A stretch of DNA of 64,000 nt from the human T2T-CHM13v2.0 reference genome, Homo sapiens. Both the position numbers and the translations under genes were made by a program. The DNA lies in NCBI RefSeq assembly GCF_009914755.1, contig NC_060943.1. The stretch is one strand, 5' to 3'. The notes beneath the pieces are model-generated. The model was not told where the DNA came from. It saw nothing but the letters and a program-made list of their open reading frames with translations, and made no database searches. Of the stretch, positions 59,277 through 64,000 are shown one piece after another. The stretch's first letter is position 1; each line of letters starts with the position of its first letter.

Positions 59277-60329
59277 TGAGTAGCTGTGACTACAGGTGCG
59301 CACCACTATGCCTGGCTAATTTTTGTATTTTTAGTAGAGATGGGGTTTCACTATCTTGGCCAGGCTGGTCTCGAACTCCTAACCTCGTGATCTGCCCGCC
59401 TTGGCCTCCCAAAGTGCTGGGATTACAGGTGTGAGCCACCGCACCCAGGCTGTGAGGTGGGTTTTGAAGCATGAACAGGAGTTTGCCAAACAAAGCCTCA
59501 GATACCAAGCTGAAGATTTGGTTCACTGATTCACTAGACACCTCCTGCAAGCTCTACTGTCACACTGTCATGTCCAGCCTTCTGCTGGATGATGCTGGGG
59601 ACAGCAAGAGGCCTCAGCTCCAGGCCTGTCCCAGAGGAGCCCCTGATCTGGGCAAGACAGAGGTAGACATAGACACTCCTAGCCCCAAGGGAGAGATGGG
59701 GCCGGAGGAGCAGGGGCTCTACCTGGAGGAAGGGCTTCCTGGGAAAGGGGATGTTAGAACTGCACCTTAATAGGGGGTCAGGCGCCAGGAATTCACAAGG
59801 GTGAGAAAATCTGGAGTGGGGAGGGTGTCCCAGGCAGGGAGCTTAGCATAAGCAAAGGCCTAGTTGGGTGAAAGACCATGAATTTGAATAAAATATGTGG
59901 AGCCACATCCTGCTGGGCCCGGAGCAGTCATGGAAGGTGTTGGAGAAAGGGCAGGACACCATCCGTTCTGCATGAATGGAGGGTTCCAAGACAGAGCAGC
60001 CACTGGCAAGAGGCTGTTGTTCCTGGCTTTAGCTGAATGGTCTGGCAGCCAGCCCCTTTCTTCAAGGGCTGGAGGAATGGTCCTCCCGGCATCCTACTAG
60101 TGTCTGCTCAAACCCACCCCAGGCAGCAGGGGTGGGGGCTGGCGGGGAAACTGGGTCACCAGCAGAAGGCCTGTCTCTTCAGCCCCTGCCTGCCAGGGCT
60201 TTCCGCATTTAGACAGAGTCTGGTGCCATCCAAACCCAACTTCGCTGGTCTCAGGGCTGGGGCTGGAGGTGACAGGAAACTGTGCCCCCAACCTCACCCC
60301 CGGAAGGAAGTTAGAAAGAGCAAGGACAC

Positions 60330-60470
60330 TGGAGAGCCCAGATCTGGTTCAAATCCTGGCTGGACCACTCATTGGCTGTGTGACCTTAGAAAAGCACCTT
60401 GACCTCTCTGAGCCTCAGTTTCTCATCTGTGAAATGGGGGGAATTCTATTAACGGCACTGTTGGAGGACT
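60330..60470 (+). mobile_element. MIR SINE (one of many MIR fragments)
   Basis: GGTTCAAATCCTGGCT...GCTGTGTGACCTT...CTCTCTGAGCCTCAGTTTCTCATCTGTGAAATGGG. Confidence 0.75.
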
Positions 60471-61929
60471 CTCTGGGTTCTTCAGGTTGACACATAGTAA
60501 CAGTAGCTGACTTTCACTGAGAGTCCACCGTGTGTCTGACTTGAAGCCATGTTCTGTCGCCACCCATTGGCTCGTTAAACCTGCTGTGGCTGGTCCCTGT
60601 CATTCCCATTTTATAGCTGAGGACACATCAACTTAGCCAAGTCCCCCCAGTGAGGATATGCATGGCTCCAGGGCTCTCCACACCACTCCTGGCTTTGGCA
60701 TGCGGCCTCCTTGCCCACGGGTATGAGGCCAGCTCCATACCCTCTTCCCGCCTCCTCACCCCACTGGCGCCTGGGCATGAAAGAGCCTCCTGTTTCTCCA
60801 GGGAATTAGCAGCTCTGGGCTCCCAGCAGGGCAGCCAAAAGTGGTCCATTCATTCGCTTGAGTGAGGAAAGACTAAGAGCTCCCACCCCCACCCCAGGGA
60901 ATGGGGCAGGGAGGGCTCTAGAAGGTCCAAAAGCAGCTCCTCTGGTTCACTTGGGGAAACTGAGGCACAGAAAAGCAAAGTCATTTGGCCAAGATCACCA
61001 AGGGGAACTGGGATGCAAACCCCAGTCTCACTCTGGAGTTCCCCTAACTGGGCTTGGGTTAGCATTTTTCTGGGGAGAAATTGGAGGTTTAGAGAGAGTC
61101 AGGGACTTGCTGGCAGTCACACAGCAAGTTTGGGTCAGTGGGGACTCTCTGCCTTGGTGGTGTCTGGGGAGGCAGCCCCACCCATGCAGAAAACAGGTCC
61201 TTCTGTCCATGATTTCATTATCCTGGAACAAGGCAGGGAATGGCCCTCAGATAGCTTCAAGCCTCAGTTTCCCCACTGGGAGATGGATGTAACCTTTTCC
61301 CTAAGGTCTTAGCCTGGGGCATCTGCAAGGGAGGGTTTGATGGGATTCCCTGAGCCTGGAGACCCCCATCCGGCAGGTCTGGGTCTGATTTATCTACCGG
61401 AGCCCATCAGGACCCCTCTCCGAGGAGACAGATGTTCACACAGTAGCAGCTGGGGTTATGAGTCCTGGTGCAGTGCAAGCCTGGGTCCCACTGGAGGTGA
61501 CAGTGGGAGTGGGAGGGGTGTCTGGGTGTGAAAGGATTCAGGTGGGTGTGTATGGGAGCACCAGGAGCTGCGTGTGTGTGGCTGTTGTAACAGTGGCTGG
61601 GAGGGCTACAGATCTCGGGGTTGGTGGCATTGGTGGTGTTGGTGTGAACATGGTTGTGTGCTCACTACCTGTGGGTGTGTCTGTGACTAGAAACCTGGTT
61701 GGGTGTGAGCAATGTGGGGCCAACGTAGGCTCTTTGCTGCTGGCAGGAAGGCGAAGGTGTTGTGGGTGTGAGCAGCAGTGGGTGTGTTTGCATGTGGAGG
61801 GACACTGGTGCAGCCCAGCTCATAGCTTTGCCTTCGGTTGTGGAGCAAGTGTGACTTGTGTGTGGCCCAGGCCAGGTATGGTTGTGTGTGGCCTGACCAG
61901 GTTGGTTGTGTATGTGATTGTGTGTGGCC

Positions 61930-62570
61930 CATTGTGGCTGTGCATGGCTGGGTGTGGTTGTGCATGGCTGGGTGTGGTTGTGTACGGCTGGGTGTAGTTG
62001 TGCATGGCTGGATGTCGTTGTACATGGCTGAGTGTGGTTGTGTATGGCTGGGTGTGGTTGTGCATGGCTGGGTGTGGTTGTACATGGCTGAGTGTGGTTG
62101 TGTATGGCTGGGTGTGGTTGTGCACGACCAAGTGTGATTGTGTGTGGCTGAGTGTGATTGTATATGGCCAGGTTTGCCTGTGCATGGTTGGTGAAACCTG
62201 TGTGTGGCCCGATGTGGTTGTGCATGACTGGGTGTGGTTGTGTATGGCTGAGTGTGGTTGTATATGGCTGGGTGTGGTTGTGTATGGCTGAGTGTGGTTT
62301 TATATGGCTGGGTGTGGTTGTGTATGGCTGGATGTGGTTGTCATTGGCTGGGTGTGGTTGTGCATGGCTGGGTGTAGTTGTGCATGGCTGGGTGTGGCGT
62401 GTATGGCTGGGTGTGGTTGTGCATGGCTGGGTGTGGTTGTGTATGGCTGGGTGTGGTGTGTATGGCTGGGTGTGGTTGTACATGACCAGGTATGATTGTG
62501 TATGGCTGGGTGTCATTGTGTATGGTCAGGTTTGGTCATGCGTGGTGGGTGAGACCTGTGTGTGGCCAGG
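61930..62570 (+). repeat. 20-bp minisatellite, consensus TGYATGGCTGGGTGTGGTTG, ~30 units
   Basis: units stay in 20-nt register over many lines. Confidence 0.93.
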
Positions 62571-63279
62571 TGAGGTTGCATGTGAGCCACCTGTGCTGTT
62601 AGTGTGGCTGGGGTGTGGCTGGGGTGTGACTGTGTGTGTCAGTGGTTGTTGGTGGCATTGTGTGTGACTTACCCATGTGTCACCTTGGGCATGTTCAGAG
62701 GCACTTTGGAGGCACTGTCCACCCCTGAGACCCAGCTCTCTTGGAGGGTCCAGCCTCCCTCCCCACCTCTGCTCTGGTCTGCCAGTACCATCCCCCACCC
62801 CTCCCCCACTGGCAGCAGCCCCTGGCCCAGGGCCCCAGTGGGGTGGTGGGGACAGAGAAGGCACTCAGGGCTGGGGAGGGGTGCCCAATCCCAGCTCAGG
62901 CCTATAAATAGCTCTTTGAGCCCAGTAGATTCCCAGGCAAGGTTGCCTCATTCAAGCCCCCGGCAACAGCCCGCCCCTGGGCCCCAGGCCAGCCCCTCTA
63001 AGCTCAGCCCTGGCACCAGCGAGGGGCCGGGGGGTGGGGGCAAGGGGTGGGGAGGAGTGGAGAAGCGGGGGAAGCAGAAGGATGAGGATAGGTGGGGTTG
63101 GGGCTCAGCTCTGCGCCCACAGACCTTGGCTTCCACCTGGTCTCTACTCACTCTGTACATCCTCGGGCAGGTGATCCTAGCTCCTTAAGCCTCAGTTTCC
63201 CCAGCACCTGTAAAATAAACAGCAGTCCCTACCTGTGTGTTTACTTCCCATTTCATTCTCCAAGCAACCGGTAACGTAG

Positions 63280-63488
<209 letters not shown>

Positions 63489-64000
63489 TAGTAGAGACGG
63501 GATTTCACCATGTTGGCCAGGCTGGTCTCAAATTCTGACCTCATGATCCATCTGCCTTGGCCTCCCAAAGTGCTGAGATTACAGCCTTGAGCCACCGCGC
63601 CCACCCTCCCCCCATTTTATTTTATTCATTTTTGAAATAGGGTCTCACTGTGTCACCCAGACCAGAGTACAGTGATGCAATCTTGACTCACTGCAGCTTT
63701 AATCTCCTGGGCTCCAGCGATCCTTCCCCCTCAGCCTCCCGAGTAGCCGGGACCACAGATGTGTGCCACCATGTCCTGCTAACTTTTAAGTTATTTTTTG
63801 TAGAGATGGGGGTCTCACTGTGTTGCTCAGGCTGGTCTTGAACTCCTGGGCTCAAGTGATCCTCCTGCCTCTGACTCCCAAAGTGCTGGGATTACAGGCA
63901 TGAGCCACCGGCACCTGGACTATCCCCATTTCAGATGGGGAAACTGAGACACAGAAAGATGAGATGGCTCACTCAGAGTCACATTGTTACGAATGGCAGG

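Noticed and set aside
61665-62667. His/Thr/Pro- and Cys/Trp/Val-rich ORFs, and a CRISPR-like look
   Set aside because: Translations of a head-to-tail 20-bp minisatellite; no unique spacers, no cas genes, eukaryotic DNA

Overview
Human (primate) genomic DNA: GC-rich, very Alu-dense, recognisable as the 19p13.11 MEF2B - BORCS8 (MEF2BNB) - RFXANK - NR2C2AP cluster. From established gene order NCAN should lie just beyond the right edge; none of it is seen here. I rebuilt all four coding sequences exon by exon from splice sites, and each closes in frame. MEF2B (-) gives 368 aa with exon 8 and 365 aa without it, the last exon being read in two frames. BORCS8 (-) gives 119 aa, or 109 aa via an intronic poly(A) site. 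RFXANK (+) gives 260 aa. NR2C2AP (-) gives 139 aa, with a possible 167-aa form. There is no prokaryotic-type system, CRISPR array or RNA gene, and most of the ORF track is Alu or GC noise. The most notable sequence-level observations are: a U12-type AT-AC intron in NR2C2AP; a tail-to-tail RFXANK/NR2C2AP overlap that an optional intron could excise; a ~100-bp near-perfect hairpin behind the weak MEF2B exon 3 donor; five exact octamer motifs plus twin MEF2 sites around the MEF2B promoter and intron 1; an in-frame BORCS8 exon 1 / MEF2B junction; and a 20-bp minisatellite rich in TGCATG. Repeat subfamily names and repeat boundaries are by-eye estimates. I cannot check novelty against databases.
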